From: a virus
Taxonomy: Duplodnaviria > Caudoviricetes
DNA length: 64,000 nucleotides
Strand: one strand, 5' to 3'
Virus record (IMG/VR): IMGVR_UViG_3300009070_000001
Span: 1 to 64,000 of that record
Shown here piece after piece: positions 40,278-51,749 of this stretch. Each line of letters begins with the position of its first letter. Position 1 is the first letter of the stretch. Under the pieces are notes generated by a model. The model was given only the letters and a program-made list of their open reading frames with translations, was not told where the DNA came from and did not search any database. The position numbers and the translations under genes are program-made.

Positions 40278-40350
40278 GTCTCAGTAGTTCAGCGGATAGA
40301 ATAGCCGGCTTCTAACCGGTTGGTCGGGGGTTCGAATCCCTCCTGAGACG
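40278..40350 (+). tRNA. tRNA-Arg(UCU)
   Basis: Acceptor GTCTCAG/CTGAGAC, anticodon arm GCCGG-CTTCTAA-CCGGT, T-loop TTCGAAT; CCA not encoded. Confidence 0.93.
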
Positions 40351-40354
40351 TTTT

Positions 40355-40447
40355 GGGGAAATAGCTCAGTTGGTAAGAGCGGCGGCCTTATAAGCCGTGT
40401 TAGTGGAAGTAATTCCCGGCCGAGTTCGAGTCTCGGTTTCCCTACCA
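40355..40447 (+). tRNA. tRNA with UAU (Ile) anticodon and a 21-nt variable region
   Basis: Acceptor GGGGAAA/TTTCCCT-A-CCA, D-stem GCTC/GAGC, anticodon arm GCGGC-CTTATAA-GCCGT, V region GTTAGTGGAAGTAATTCCCGG, T arm CCGAG-TTCGAGT-CTCGG. Confidence 0.88.
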
Positions 40448-42339
40448 AAAGTTTTTATTTGAGGAAATTAAAATGCTTAAATTAGATTTTAAATTAACTA
40501 ATGAGGGTTACTTTGAAAAATATTATCGTCTTGAAGATGATACTGATCCTATTCTACTTTTAGATCGAGTAGATATTTCTACGGTTATTAATTGGGTTAA
40601 AAAACAAGAATATATAAATTTACCAGAATCTTCAAATTACTGGAAATTGTTTAAATATAAGGGAAATTTTTATTTCAGTAAATATGAGCCTTTTGATAGG
40701 TTGTATTTGATCCACGTTCCTGATGTTAATAAATTTCTTTTTAGTATGAAAGAAGGCATTAAGGAATCTGCTACTAAAGAAATTTTAGCGCAGGCTGAAA
40801 GAGTAGCCGCTGCTTCTAAAGCTTTAGAAGAAATTAAAGAAAAATTTAATCTATGAGAGCAGTGTTTTTAGTTTTTCAAAAACTTGAAGGTAATCACGAA
40901 TTTTTTAACACAGTATTTGAACATGAAGAAGACGCAAAAGCCCTTTGTGATCACCGAGGCCCGGATTATTTTTATCTTAAATGTGGAGTTAATGAAAATC
41001 TTAAGTATTTTTTTTGAGGAAGATTAAACTTAATGAGCGTTACACAAGTTTTTCTACAATTTCTTTCAATTGGTAAAGAAATTTATATGATCAATAATAA
41101 ACTTCAGTATAAAGATTTGTTTAATAAAACTAAAAACACTGAAGTAAATACGTTTGCGCTTAACTATGCTAATAAACGTATGGAAGAAGATTTTCATCTT
41201 CATTTTAATAGAAAAACCCAGACTTGGGAGAAAATGCTGGCAACCGAACCTCTTTCGGAAGAACAATATGATCTTTTAGAAAAAATGGGACCTCAAGAAA
41301 CTGGAAAAACTATTTGGAGTTTTATTGACAATGTTAACGCTTAAAGTCAGTATAGACTTCCCTATTGGAGCATTAAAATTTAAATCAGCTAAAGCGAAAC
41401 TTGAATTTATAAAAACTCTTAAAAATTGGGAATCTCAGTTAACTTTAGAAAATCCTCTTGTTGAAGTTACAGTTGAAGAAGATCCTAATTCTATATGGAG
41501 AGTAACTCCTCCCAAGGGTATCTTCTATGCTGGAGAGATGAGTTATGCAAATGCTAAAGCTTTGCTCTCTAAAAGAGAATCTTACGAGACTTTAGGTTGG
41601 AAATTTGAAGAAAAGAAAATTACTATAAAAGTTTTCCGTTTGACCAAATTTGGTGAAAATTATAATTATCATGATCTAACTAGTTTTTGGGGCTGGTTGA
41701 TCACTTTACAGCAAGCTAAATGTTATTTTGATAAACACACTTTGTCTTTTTTTGAGGATGCTTATGCTCAATTTCGAGCAAATTGTAAAAAAGAAAATAA
41801 GTTAATCTAATAATAGGAGCTACTTATGATAGTAAAAGATATTTATTTTGTTCCAACTGAAGAAAGTGAATGGTATTATAAGTGTTGGCCTTGGGAAGGT
41901 CTTCCTTTAGGAACGCTTATTCAATCTTCAAACAAAGACCATTTAGTTCCAGAATTTTCTTTTACTCCAGTTTATTACCCTAGACTTGGACTTAATACTT
42001 GGAAAGATATTGTTAATTTAATTAATCATTATCCAGGTAAAGTTGTTGACGATAAAGATAATGAACTACTTAGAACTTTCTTCCTAAAGGCTAGTGAAGA
42101 AATTCTTAAAGAACCTGATTTGGAAAGAGAAGAAGCTTTAGAATTAGAATTTAAAAAAGAACTAGAAAAAGACTCTTCAAATTTCCAAGAATTGTTTCAT
42201 GTCATGATGGAACACAATAGAGAGCTTCTATCTGATTTGGTTCAAGAATATGAGGAGAGCAAAATTTAATGCGCAGACGTAGACGGTGGGTTATTTCCGT
42301 GAGTAATAGCAGTATTTTTTGTAGATATAAAGGTGGCTT

Positions 42340-42627
42340 TTGATCACAGTAGATTTAAAACAAGATCATATAGATAAAGGCGAAAAAGGCTCCTGCTATT
42401 CCTGTGCGTTAGCTTTAGCATTTAGAGAACTTTTTCCTAAGGCTACTACGATCTCTGTTTCATATATTACTGGTAAAAATAAAACTATTGCTACTATCCT
42501 TATAGATAATAAAAATTATAGATTTTTTTATCATAAGGGAGACCTTGCAACCCAGATTAAAAACTGGGATCAAAATTTAGAAACACTTGTTCCAGCTAAA
42601 TATGATTTTGTAGAGGGATTGGAATGA
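42340..42627 (+). CDS. Conserved small phage hypothetical protein
   Basis: V...QDHIDKG......CALALA pattern. Confidence 0.55.
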   Translation: MITVDLKQDHIDKGEKGSCYSCALALAFRELFPKATTISVSYITGKNKTIATILIDNKNYRFFYHKGDLATQIKNWDQNLETLVPAKYDFVEGLE

Positions 42628-45600
42628 AAAAGCTTTTAGTTTGGTGGATAATTTGTTTACTTTCGACTATTTGTTTTTCAGAGCCAAAGCTAGATTGTGA
42701 AATTAAACTAGCTCCAAATAAAAAAGATAAAATTCTAATCATAGAGCCAAATGAAGAAGTTAAAAATATAGAACTTCTTACTCCAATTGATAAAAATTTT
42801 TATAGAAAATTAAGTAAAACTTATATTTTCTATTGGCCCAGTAGTCTTCCAGTTTGGCCTAGTTTGTTTTTTAATGTAAATGGAAAGGAAATTCACTATG
42901 TTCCCGAGCTTAATCCCTTGCGTAGCCCTGATGATTCGCTTCCGGCTTTTGGGGTTCAACGGTGTTGACCTTATCATTCCAAAGGCTTCTAGGAGCCGTC
43001 TAGACCGTCTCCTGACCTTGGTCAAACAAGACCTTGAGGTTTGCGAAGCTACACATGAAGCGGAGTATCACGAGTATCTAACAACCGGTAATTTCCATAA
43101 GGAATGGAATTAACGTATGAAAGATTTAGATTGGCATTACCTTTTTGTAGCTACTTATGTTTATCTTTTTAAAATTATTTCATGTTTAGTTCATGACGGT
43201 TTAACACTTGGAGTAGTAGTGTTTTCTAGAATAGCGTATTTTCTTACAATTTCCTTTTTTGTTCTAGGTGCTTTAGGCTTTCCTCTATTAATTTTAAAGA
43301 TGTTATTCCATGCTTAGACATTATTACACAAACCAAATCCTCTCCGGAAAACAGAACAATAGACAGCTACTAGACCCTATTTTTACGAGTGTTTGGGAAC
43401 CACCAGTTTTTAAAGGAGTTAAGTAAAATGATTAAAACACACGAATATTATTCTTCAGCAAATCTTATGGCGAAATGGACACATCCAATTTCAATGGAAC
43501 CTTGGTCTAATCATTCCAAACAATTGGTAGTAGAAAAACCTAAATTGACTAATGAAGAAACCGAAGTAGTCAATTCAATGATTGAACAAGGAACTCCTGA
43601 ACAAGATATTCATGTTATCAGGAGTTTGAAGCAAGCAGTAGATTTGTTTGGAGAAAAAGAAATTTCCAACAAATCTATTTTAGAAACTATAGATGAATCT
43701 CATCAAATAAACATAGAAGAAGACAATTCTCCTAGACAGGTAGAGATTAAGTTTCTTGGACATAAAGAACAAATTTATGAATTTGACAACGCCAAAGAAG
43801 CAAAAGTCTTTATTCAAGGAGTTCTTCAAACCTCTCAACATCTTGATGTCCAACGCCGTCTTATTCATTTGGTAATGAAAAAAGAACAATACACCCCTAC
43901 GTGGGTAGAAGTAGAAAGTTTTGTATGAAATTGTTAAATCTTCTTTATTCTGCTTATAGATTTGTTTGTAAGAAAAAAGTTTATTGTGTCTTTGAAGATC
44001 AAGATCAAGGTTCTACAAAAACTTTGATGTTTATTTATGAAGAAAAAAACAAAGCTGAATTCTACTGTGAAAAAAATCCAGGTAGTTATATAGAGACTTA
44101 CATCTTACACTAGTCACCTGTTGTTCACTATTGACACAGTATGTTAGTATATAACTAATCCAACTAGACTCTCTAGGTTCGACCTTTAGGGTCTACTTGA
44201 CTAACAGGGGGTATTGTTATGTGTGTTTCTAGAAATTCGATGCCTTTTATCCGATATTCTCTTACCGATAAAATTAAGTATAATCCAAAAGATAGATTAG
44301 ACGTAATTCGCAAATTTACGGAAATTTGCTTGACTAAAGATCGAGTATGTTCTCAAAAACAATTGACTGAGCATACTTGTGAATTAACTCTTAGTGGTTC
44401 TCTACTTTTCGTTGGCCACATGCAAACGATGATGGAAGAATTAAAAGAAAAATTCAAAAACGTTGAAATTACGATGATTGGACATGGAGCTTAATAATGA
44501 AAGAAAACGCCGAACGTCATTTGCGATACGCTGAAAATGCCCATTCTTATAATGCCGGATATAAGGATATAGCAACAGCATTTGTTTATTATTTGCTTTA
44601 TATTGGAGATCAATTAAAAGTAATTGCCGAGAATAAAAAATGAAACAAAATCAAATTACTTACAGCAGAACTTATACTTCAGCCGACGGATTTGAACCTT
44701 ATAGGTATAAAAAACATTGGGTTTTTGAACGAACAATTACTTTATACGCAGACTACTGTTCTGGAGGCAGATCTAGAGCTTTTGTTCAAATTGACGTAAC
44801 TGATACATGTTTATCACAATTTGATAATTTTCATTTTAATATAAATCAACAAATTCCAATAAAGAATTTTTCTTTTTATTCAGCAGATCATTCGGAACAA
44901 GCTTTAAATATGGAAATGCTTGCTTCAAATGAATTGAGGGGTAAAACTGCTGAAACAGTTGCCCATGCTTTATTTTGGGATTTGATCGTAAAAAATGAAG
45001 AAATTTCCAAAAATATTCTTCCAATTAAAGTTTATGAGCATTTCCAAAAATTTATTAAAGACGCAGAAGAAAATTCTTAATGCCTTCACATGAAAGACGC
45101 CGTCGCGCTGCATGGGCTGCTCAATTTCCTAAGCCAACCTATTCCGACAGAAAAAGAGCTAAGAAGAAAAGATATAAAGAAAACAGATTAGCCCGTTTGG
45201 AACTAGAAAAAAGTATTTTTAAATTAGAAGAAGAGGAATTTATGCCTAAATTTGATTGGAAAGTTTCTTACCGTCTATTTAAAGATGGAAAATTGACTCA
45301 AACTTTAGAGTCAGAATTGATGGAAGAATCTAAAGTAGATTCTTTTATTAAAGGCCTAGAAGCTGCTTGTAAAATTGAAAATAAAATTTTAGCTTATAGT
45401 GTTACTCAAATTACTGAAGTTACTAAAAAATCTAATACTCCTTGGCTAGACTCTCTAGCTTTAGAGCATAAAACAAGGCCTAGATTTTTTGCGGTGGAAT
45501 CTTTTCTAGAATCTAAGAGAGATTGTAAAGATAGTTGGAGATTTTCTAAATCAGAGTCTACTGAATCTAGCAATGTTTGCGCAGCTATTGCTCAAGTAAC

Positions 45601-45775
45601 TGATTTTAATGCTTTGTTTAGTGAAACTCCTAAATCTTTTTATCCAGAAATTACTGAAGCTGGATATAGGGTTAGAGACTTCAGAAATCAAACAACACAT
45701 TTTGTTACTGTTGCCTTATTTAACGATTTTAAGGAAAATCCAAATAAATACAAATTTAAGTAGAAAGGAAATTTT

Positions 45776-46372
45776 ATGATAGCCTATTGCGAAGCTGCTC
45801 AATATGATAGAAAAGATCAAAGTGGAGCTATTTGTCGGTTTGGATTTGATATTTATTGTAATAATACTTTAGTTAAATCTTTTACTTCAGATTGGTTTCC
45901 AGGTAATTCTCATGAAGGAGAAATAGCAGCAGCTTTGCAGGCTTATAGATCAGAATACAGGCTTACTTCGATCTATTCTGATTATAGAGATCCAATTAAA
46001 GAAGGTGTTGGAGGATCTATAGCAAGTTTTGATTTGTTAGCTAAAAGGACTGGCTTTACTGACATAGATAGAAGAAATTTAGGTAGACTTGTAAAACATC
46101 CTAGTGAGGATCTTTTTCACCAAGCTAGACATAATTTAATTCACAACAGACTTCGCCCAGGAAAGCTGGATGAGCGAGAATTATTTTTCTTAGGAAAAAA
46201 AGGAAAGATAATTTTCGAAATTAAAGACCCCCAAGCTGATGCAAAGAAATCCAGATTTAAAGAATATCTGAAAGACCGCTTACCAAAGATCCTAGCTAAG
46301 AATAGAGATAAATCAGCTAATAGAGCTTTATTCCTTATTAGACAAGAATTTGAAGCTATTTATAATGTCTAG
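45776..46372 (+). CDS. RNase H-like fold protein (degenerate)
   Basis: NSHEGEIAAALQA, IYSDY, H. Confidence 0.5.
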   Translation: MIAYCEAAQYDRKDQSGAICRFGFDIYCNNTLVKSFTSDWFPGNSHEGEIAAALQAYRSEYRLTSIYSDYRDPIKEGVGGSIASFDLLAKRTGFTDIDRRNLGRLVKHPSEDLFHQARHNLIHNRLRPGKLDERELFFLGKKGKIIFEIKDPQADAKKSRFKEYLKDRLPKILAKNRDKSANRALFLIRQEFEAIYNV

Positions 46373-46594
46373 ATATTTTATTGTTGGAGACGGATCTAGA
46401 AATGAAGAAAAATATACTAAACTTCATGAAGAATTAGAAAAGATTCCTTCAGGAAGTGAATTCGATTTAGATCCATTATGTAAAACATTACAAACTACCA
46501 ATAAATCTTTAGCGAAGGTTCTTAGTAACCAAAAAGCTTTAGTTGTCTGTGAAAGAAAAAAAAGCAGAATGCTTCCCGCAATTTGGAGAAAATT

Positions 46595-47257
46595 ATGAAA
46601 ATATGTTGTATTTCAGATACTCATTCTGATCATGACAGATTAAAAAATTTACCAGGCCAAGCAGACGTTGTTATTCATTCGGGAGATTGCACCCATGAGG
46701 GAAAAATTGGTGAATATGAAAATTTTCTTTCATGGTATAGTGAATTGCCTTATGAAAATAAGATATTGACTCCGGGAAATCATGACTTTATTTGTGAACA
46801 ACAACCCGGACTAGCCAAGCAATTAGCTGAAGAAAAAGGCATTATCTATCTTATGGATTCGGAATGTGAAATTGGTGGAAAGAAATTTTACGGATCTCCT
46901 TGGACTCCTTATTGTGGAGACTGGGCTTTCTCTCCAAGAGATTATAAAGAATTGTATCATCATTTTCATAAAATTCCTGAAGATACTAATATTTTAATCA
47001 CCCATAGTCCACCTGAAGGTATTTTAGATGGAAGTAATTGGGGTTCTAAAGCCTTGTTGATTTATATGTCTAGATGCACCAATTTGAAATTGCATGTATT
47101 TGGACATATTCATGAATCTTATGGAATTAAAAGAATTAATAATTGGCCTAATGGTCCTTCCCCCTTGTTCGTTAACGCTGCTATGGCCGGTAGTAAGCAA
47201 CATGCTTACCGGAACTGTGCTTCTAAACATAAGCCTGTAGTCTTTGAACTATCTTGA
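46595..47257 (+). CDS. Calcineurin-like metallophosphoesterase
   Basis: ISDTH, HSGD, PGNHD, YGSPW, THSPP, HVFGHIHE. Confidence 0.93.
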   Translation: MKICCISDTHSDHDRLKNLPGQADVVIHSGDCTHEGKIGEYENFLSWYSELPYENKILTPGNHDFICEQQPGLAKQLAEEKGIIYLMDSECEIGGKKFYGSPWTPYCGDWAFSPRDYKELYHHFHKIPEDTNILITHSPPEGILDGSNWGSKALLIYMSRCTNLKLHVFGHIHESYGIKRINNWPNGPSPLFVNAAMAGSKQHAYRNCASKHKPVVFELS

Positions 47258-47300
47258 CATACTGTGCTATACTGGTTCAAACAAGAAAGGTGCTACAATC

Positions 47301-47814
47301 ATGGAAAAACTTACACCTACTGAAAAATTAATTTGGGAGTTTTACAAAAATAATGATGTTCTTAATGACAGAGAGGCTGCTGAAAAACTAAATCTTTCTT
47401 TTGGAGTGTTGAGACAGTGTAAGAGCACTGCTAAGAAAAAAGGTGCAGATTTTGTTAACAATTATCATAATGTAGTTAAGAAGATAGAAAATTTCTATAA
47501 GGAAAAGCCTAATACTTCTATAAAAGAAGCCGCAATGGCATTAAATTTAAAACATGGAACTGTTTCGGTAGCTAGAGGTCTTTTATTAAAAAATAAATCT
47601 ATAACCAGATTAGCCACAAGGCCTCCAATTATTACAGGAAAATTAAGTTTCCTTTATTCTGGAACATCCAGAAAAATCTATAACAGAAATAGCTAAAGAA
47701 TTAGGAACTACAGTAAATGCTGTAAACAGTTCTAAATGCCGGTTAAAAAGAAAAGGATATATTTTTAACGATTTGCGTAAACAAAAGAAAGAAGCTTCTA
47801 ATGAAGCAATCTAA
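47301..47814 (+). pseudogene. Triple-HTH protein split by a +1 frameshift near 47645
   Basis: Two HTH repeats in frame 0; a third (SFILEHPEKSITEIAKELGTTVNAVNSSKCRLKRKG) in the +1 frame ends at 47814. Confidence 0.65.
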
Positions 47815-48022
47815 ATTTAGTGAAGAGACAATTGGAAGAGTTGAAAAATATTTTCTTAAAAATCCTTATATTTGTAACGCAACAGCAGCTAAGGCTTTAG
47901 GTGTAAGTTCACAAACTATTTGTGGTATTAGAAAATATTTAGAAGAAAATAACAGAATTGAACCTCGTCCCAAAACAAACATGGGAAGAACGGGAAGAAG
48001 TTGGCTGAAGTCACAACATTAG
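47801..48022 (+). CDS. Small winged-HTH protein
   Basis: KNPYICNATAAKALGVSSQTI..IRKYL. Confidence 0.7.
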   Translation: MKQSKFSEETIGRVEKYFLKNPYICNATAAKALGVSSQTICGIRKYLEENNRIEPRPKTNMGRTGRSWLKSQH

Positions 48023-48279
48023 AACAATTATTTATTAAAATTCTTCAAAAGAATCCTGAATATTCATGCAAGAAAATTGCTGAAGTTCTAGGAAAAACTA
48101 TTGAAGAAATTAAAATAGCTCAAAAAGAGTTAACTAGAAAAAAGAGAGCTTCTAGAAATCAGCCTAAACTAACTCCTAATCCTAAATATAATTATAATTT
48201 AGAGGATGCTGAAAAACGTAGAGCAGCTACCTCTAGACGAATTATAAAAAATGCTTTTGGAGGGAAAGGACAATTCTAA
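48001..48279 (+). CDS. Small HTH protein
   Basis: KNPEYSCKKIAEVLGKTIEEI. Confidence 0.7.
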   Translation: MAEVTTLEQLFIKILQKNPEYSCKKIAEVLGKTIEEIKIAQKELTRKKRASRNQPKLTPNPKYNYNLEDAEKRRAATSRRIIKNAFGGKGQF

Positions 48280-48534
48280 AAGATTTAGAGGAAATAAATT
48301 CTGAAACGTTTTACTAAAGATTCTATAATCCGTTATTGGAAAGATCCAGCAAAGGAATACAAAGTGATTTCCTGTAGCAGCGATGGAAAGCGAGCAGTTA
48401 TTAGAGAACTGCATTGGTCAGGAAATATCGTAAGAACGGATCCTAAAAACTGGGTTTATGTTCGCCAGGATACCTTTATCGGAGAAATGGTTGAATCTGT
48501 TAAAGAATTCTTTTGTTTTTGGAAGTGGTGAATT

Positions 48535-49107
48535 GTGAAAGATGTTAAAGATGTTCTAATAAATTGTGCAGTTCATAAATTAGCCTTTGAACTGGATTGT
48601 GAAGCCAAAGAACCTGAACTAGTTGAATTACTTTATAAAACAGCAATTAAAACTGATCCTAAATTCTTAGTCGCACACTCCAATTATATTGTCTACCTTC
48701 TAACTAGAGGAAGAATTAAAGAAGCTGAAGATGCTTTTATAAAAGCTAATGCAGAAAATCCTGTATATTCCTCTGATGTTTTGTTTAATTTATATGTTCC
48801 AGTCGTATACTGGTCTTTATATTGGGGAGAAGAAGTTCTAGCTAGTGTTATTTTAAATAGAATTAAACTAGTTCATATTAAAGGATTTACTCAAGTAGAA
48901 GCCTTGTATTACTGGCGAGAATGGTTGGATAGGAATAAGAAAGAAGAAGGTCCTTGGAACGAAGAAAAACAGTGTTACGAGCAACTTCCTTATGACGAAA
49001 TTCAAAAAAATAATCTACCTAAGTTAGATAGAAATCCTAATCGTTGGTATAACCGAGCGGTAAACCAGGCTTGGGAAAGTGAGAACTCTTGTGAGCAAAA
49101 AAAGTAA
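48535..49107 (+). CDS. TPR-like repeat protein
   Basis: YKTAIKTDPKF..AHSNY...L..RGR.KEAE..F.KA...NP. Confidence 0.6.
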   Translation: MKDVKDVLINCAVHKLAFELDCEAKEPELVELLYKTAIKTDPKFLVAHSNYIVYLLTRGRIKEAEDAFIKANAENPVYSSDVLFNLYVPVVYWSLYWGEEVLASVILNRIKLVHIKGFTQVEALYYWREWLDRNKKEEGPWNEEKQCYEQLPYDEIQKNNLPKLDRNPNRWYNRAVNQAWESENSCEQKK

Positions 49108-50214
49108 TTATGGAAAAGCAGTTAAAACTCACTACAAATCAAGAGGAACTGTTTTTCAAACAGTGGACACCAAAGAATTAAAAGCTGCTTTAAAAGATAT
49201 TCAGACAAGATTAACTACTTTAGAATCTGCTTTATTTGGAGAAAAATAAAATGTTTTTCTTAGGCTTTGCCTTATTTGTCTATTTGTTAGAATGGAGGAC
49301 TTGGTAATTAAATGATTACTTTGAAGACTGAAATTTATACTTTCGATGAAAAATACAGTATGAAGAAAGATAAGAAACTACAATCCTTTTTCTCTTCTGC
49401 TTCTCATTTGGAAGTGAAAAAAGGTTTGAGGGTTTGGATTCCCAATCTGTCTAGAAATTGGGGCCGGAGTGAAAGCTTCATTTTTGTTGAGGTAGAAAGA
49501 GTAGATTTTAATTTTGTGAAATATAGCGAAGGAACACTTCCTATCCAAGTATTTCAAAAATTAATGCTTGAAGTTGTTGATTTTAAAGGATTTACTGAAC
49601 ATCTTAAAAAAATAGGGCAACCTAGTAAATTTGAATGGTCCGCCGACCTTACTCATAATACTTACAGAGACAGATTGACTATGCGAGTTATTGCCGCAAA
49701 CGAAGCGGAAGCTAAAGAAGAAATGCTTAGACAGGCTTATATTCGGTATAAGCAATCTTCTTGGACTGTAGGCTTTCTATTTAAATCTTCTCGAGTGTGT
49801 TCCTTAACTGGAAAGGTGCTGGAGTAAATGTTTTTTAAAACTTCCAGTTATGCCGTTCAAGTTTGTTTTAAATGCCGTCAGTTTATAGACTGGCAAGTAG
49901 AACACTATCTAAAAGAATGGACGGAATGGGGAACCCAAAGACATCCAACAGAAACTCACTTGGGTAAATGCGTGTATTCTGAAACTATTTATAGACAATA
50001 TTGGTGTAAATCTTGTGTATTTAAATATCATGACAAAAAAGAGTTGACAGATTTACGTTATAAACAAACTTAAGAAAGGCAGTTTTATGGAATATTTTTT
50101 AATTTTTATCTTTAGTTTTATAATGGGATTCGGATTAGGTTTAAAAGACGGTTGCCAAGCGTGTAAGAGATTGCCTGTTAATCAAGGTCCGCCTCCAAGA
50201 AAATAAAAAATTCT

Positions 50215-50265
50215 CTGAGTTTTAGATCCACCGGGTGGGTGCCTTTCCCTCGAGTGGATTTTTTT
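50215..50265 (+). terminator. Operon-end motif copy 2 merged with a terminator hairpin
   Basis: CTGAGTTTTAGATCCACCGGGTGGGT...GTGGAT-T-tract. Confidence 0.6.
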
Positions 50266-50327
50266 CTTTTTATTTTTTATATGTCTTTTTGGTGGAAAAT
50301 AAATTCTCTCAAGACCGATTGACTGCT

Positions 50328-50349
50328 TCAAGACTCAAATCATTTAGGA
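50328..50349 (+). repeat. 22-bp direct repeat, copy 1 (copy 2 at 54922-54943)
   Basis: TCAAGACTCAAATCATTTAGGA, exact. Confidence 0.9.
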
Positions 50350-50502
50350 AAAGTTAAATGTTAAATTTTTGTAAATTGACGGAAAGTTTACATTTAGGTG
50401 CTTGATAAAAAAAATTTCTCGATTTGTCGAAAAGTTAACAATTTGGTAACAACTTTTTTATTTTCTCGTTTTGGTGAAAAGTTAACATTTTGTCTATTTT
50501 TG

Positions 50503-50534
50503 CTAGTTGCAACTTTTTGCATGTAGCCGTTCCA
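50503..50534 (+). repeat. 32-bp direct repeat, copy 1 (copy 2 at 50889-50920)
   Basis: CTAGTTGCAACTTTTTGCATGTAGCCGTTCCA, exact. Confidence 0.9.
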
Positions 50535-50569
50535 GCCGGGTAGGAACCCGCCGCGCTGCCAGGCTTTGT

Positions 50570-50663
50570 TTACAACCTGTTCATAATATGTTAACATTTT
50601 GGAAACATTGTTTTAGCCAAAACCGTGCTACTATAGAAGGGGGATCCGATCCTATAAAAAAAA
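50570..50663 (+). promoter_or_regulatory. Four phased boxes + 37-bp element, copy 1
   Basis: Boxes at 50570/50581/50592/50603; TGCTACTATAGAAGGGGGATCCGATCCTATAAAAAAA from 50626. Confidence 0.75.
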
Positions 50664-50888
50664 GGGGGTTTAGTGAATGGCTGTATACCTACAGGATCCT
50701 TACATGTAAGGGAACTTCTCGAAGCCCCTCTCTTGTGTCTAAACCGACGGAACAACCCGAGAAACCTTAACGAAGCCTATGTCCGGCTTACACCAGCGGA
50801 CAAGGGTGCCCAGGCTAGAAACCGCCTTACAGGCCCTTACAGGTGGATTTACTCAAGGTGAGCATAACTTTACCCGGTTTGGCGAAGT

Positions 50889-50920
50889 CTAGTTGCAACT
50901 TTTTGCATGTAGCCGTTCCA
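50889..50920 (+). repeat. 32-bp direct repeat, copy 2
   Basis: Identical to 50503-50534. Confidence 0.9.
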
Positions 50921-51145
50921 AATGTTGTCGTTTCTTAACAAACAGCCGGACCGTTTAAAACGGATTTGTGATAAGGTCACGGGGTAGAAATTTTACGAAA
51001 AGAGATTTTTCAAATGTCGAATATTCAAACCCCTAACCCGAACAATATCCACGGTATCGGCAGGGACGCCCTTGTGGGAAGATTGCTTCACTCTATAAAC
51101 CCTGGCGACCAGAACGGGTTTGAAAGCCCGGCGGAGTAACCGGCC

Positions 51146-51604
51146 ATGCATTGGATTATTCTCCAGCCTTTTAAGGGCTATACGCAATCCACTACCGAAA
51201 TTGACGAATTCGGTGTCGAGCTAGTCGCCTTTTCAGGAGGCTTAACTTTTGAGGAATATGTTCGGCAAGCGCAGAACATTTCCAAGCAAAAGGGTTTGGA
51301 AATTCCTCAATTCATCAAAGTAACGGATGAAGAATTAGACGTTCTTCTGAGGGAATACTACGCAGGCTTGAAAACGAAGCCTTCTGAAATTTCTCAAGAA
51401 CGCTTTGATGACATGCTGAACGTTCTCCCTCCGTCCCGTTGGACCAAACACGGAAGAGGCGGAAGTTATTTTCACGTTTGCGAGAAAATAACCGACAGTC
51501 TTGTCGATTGGTATTTCTCAATTGGCAACCGATACTATACCTTTGTGGATAATTTCTATCTTCCACATGACCAATTAGTTAAAATCATTTCGGAGGTAAA
51601 ATGA
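51146..51604 (+). CDS. DUF1419-like protein
   Basis: EISQERFDDMLNVLPP.RW.....F...E. Confidence 0.65.
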   Translation: MHWIILQPFKGYTQSTTEIDEFGVELVAFSGGLTFEEYVRQAQNISKQKGLEIPQFIKVTDEELDVLLREYYAGLKTKPSEISQERFDDMLNVLPPSRWTKHGRGGSYFHVCEKITDSLVDWYFSIGNRYYTFVDNFYLPHDQLVKIISEVK

Positions 51605-51749
51605 AGGAATTCACTTTCATGATCGCGCTTACCGGCTACGGAGAAACTCCCGAAGAAGCGTTTCAAGATGCCGTTAAAGATATTGACGAATCTCATTTCC
51701 GGCCAAATGACTGGGTATCGTATACTGAAGAAACTGGAGAATAAAAATC

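Noticed and set aside
50394-50861. ORFs 50394, 50507 and 50673, and likewise 55105, 55166, 55173 and 55760
   Set aside because: They run across repeats and promoter elements, lack an RBS and have no protein-like features; the regions read as non-coding.
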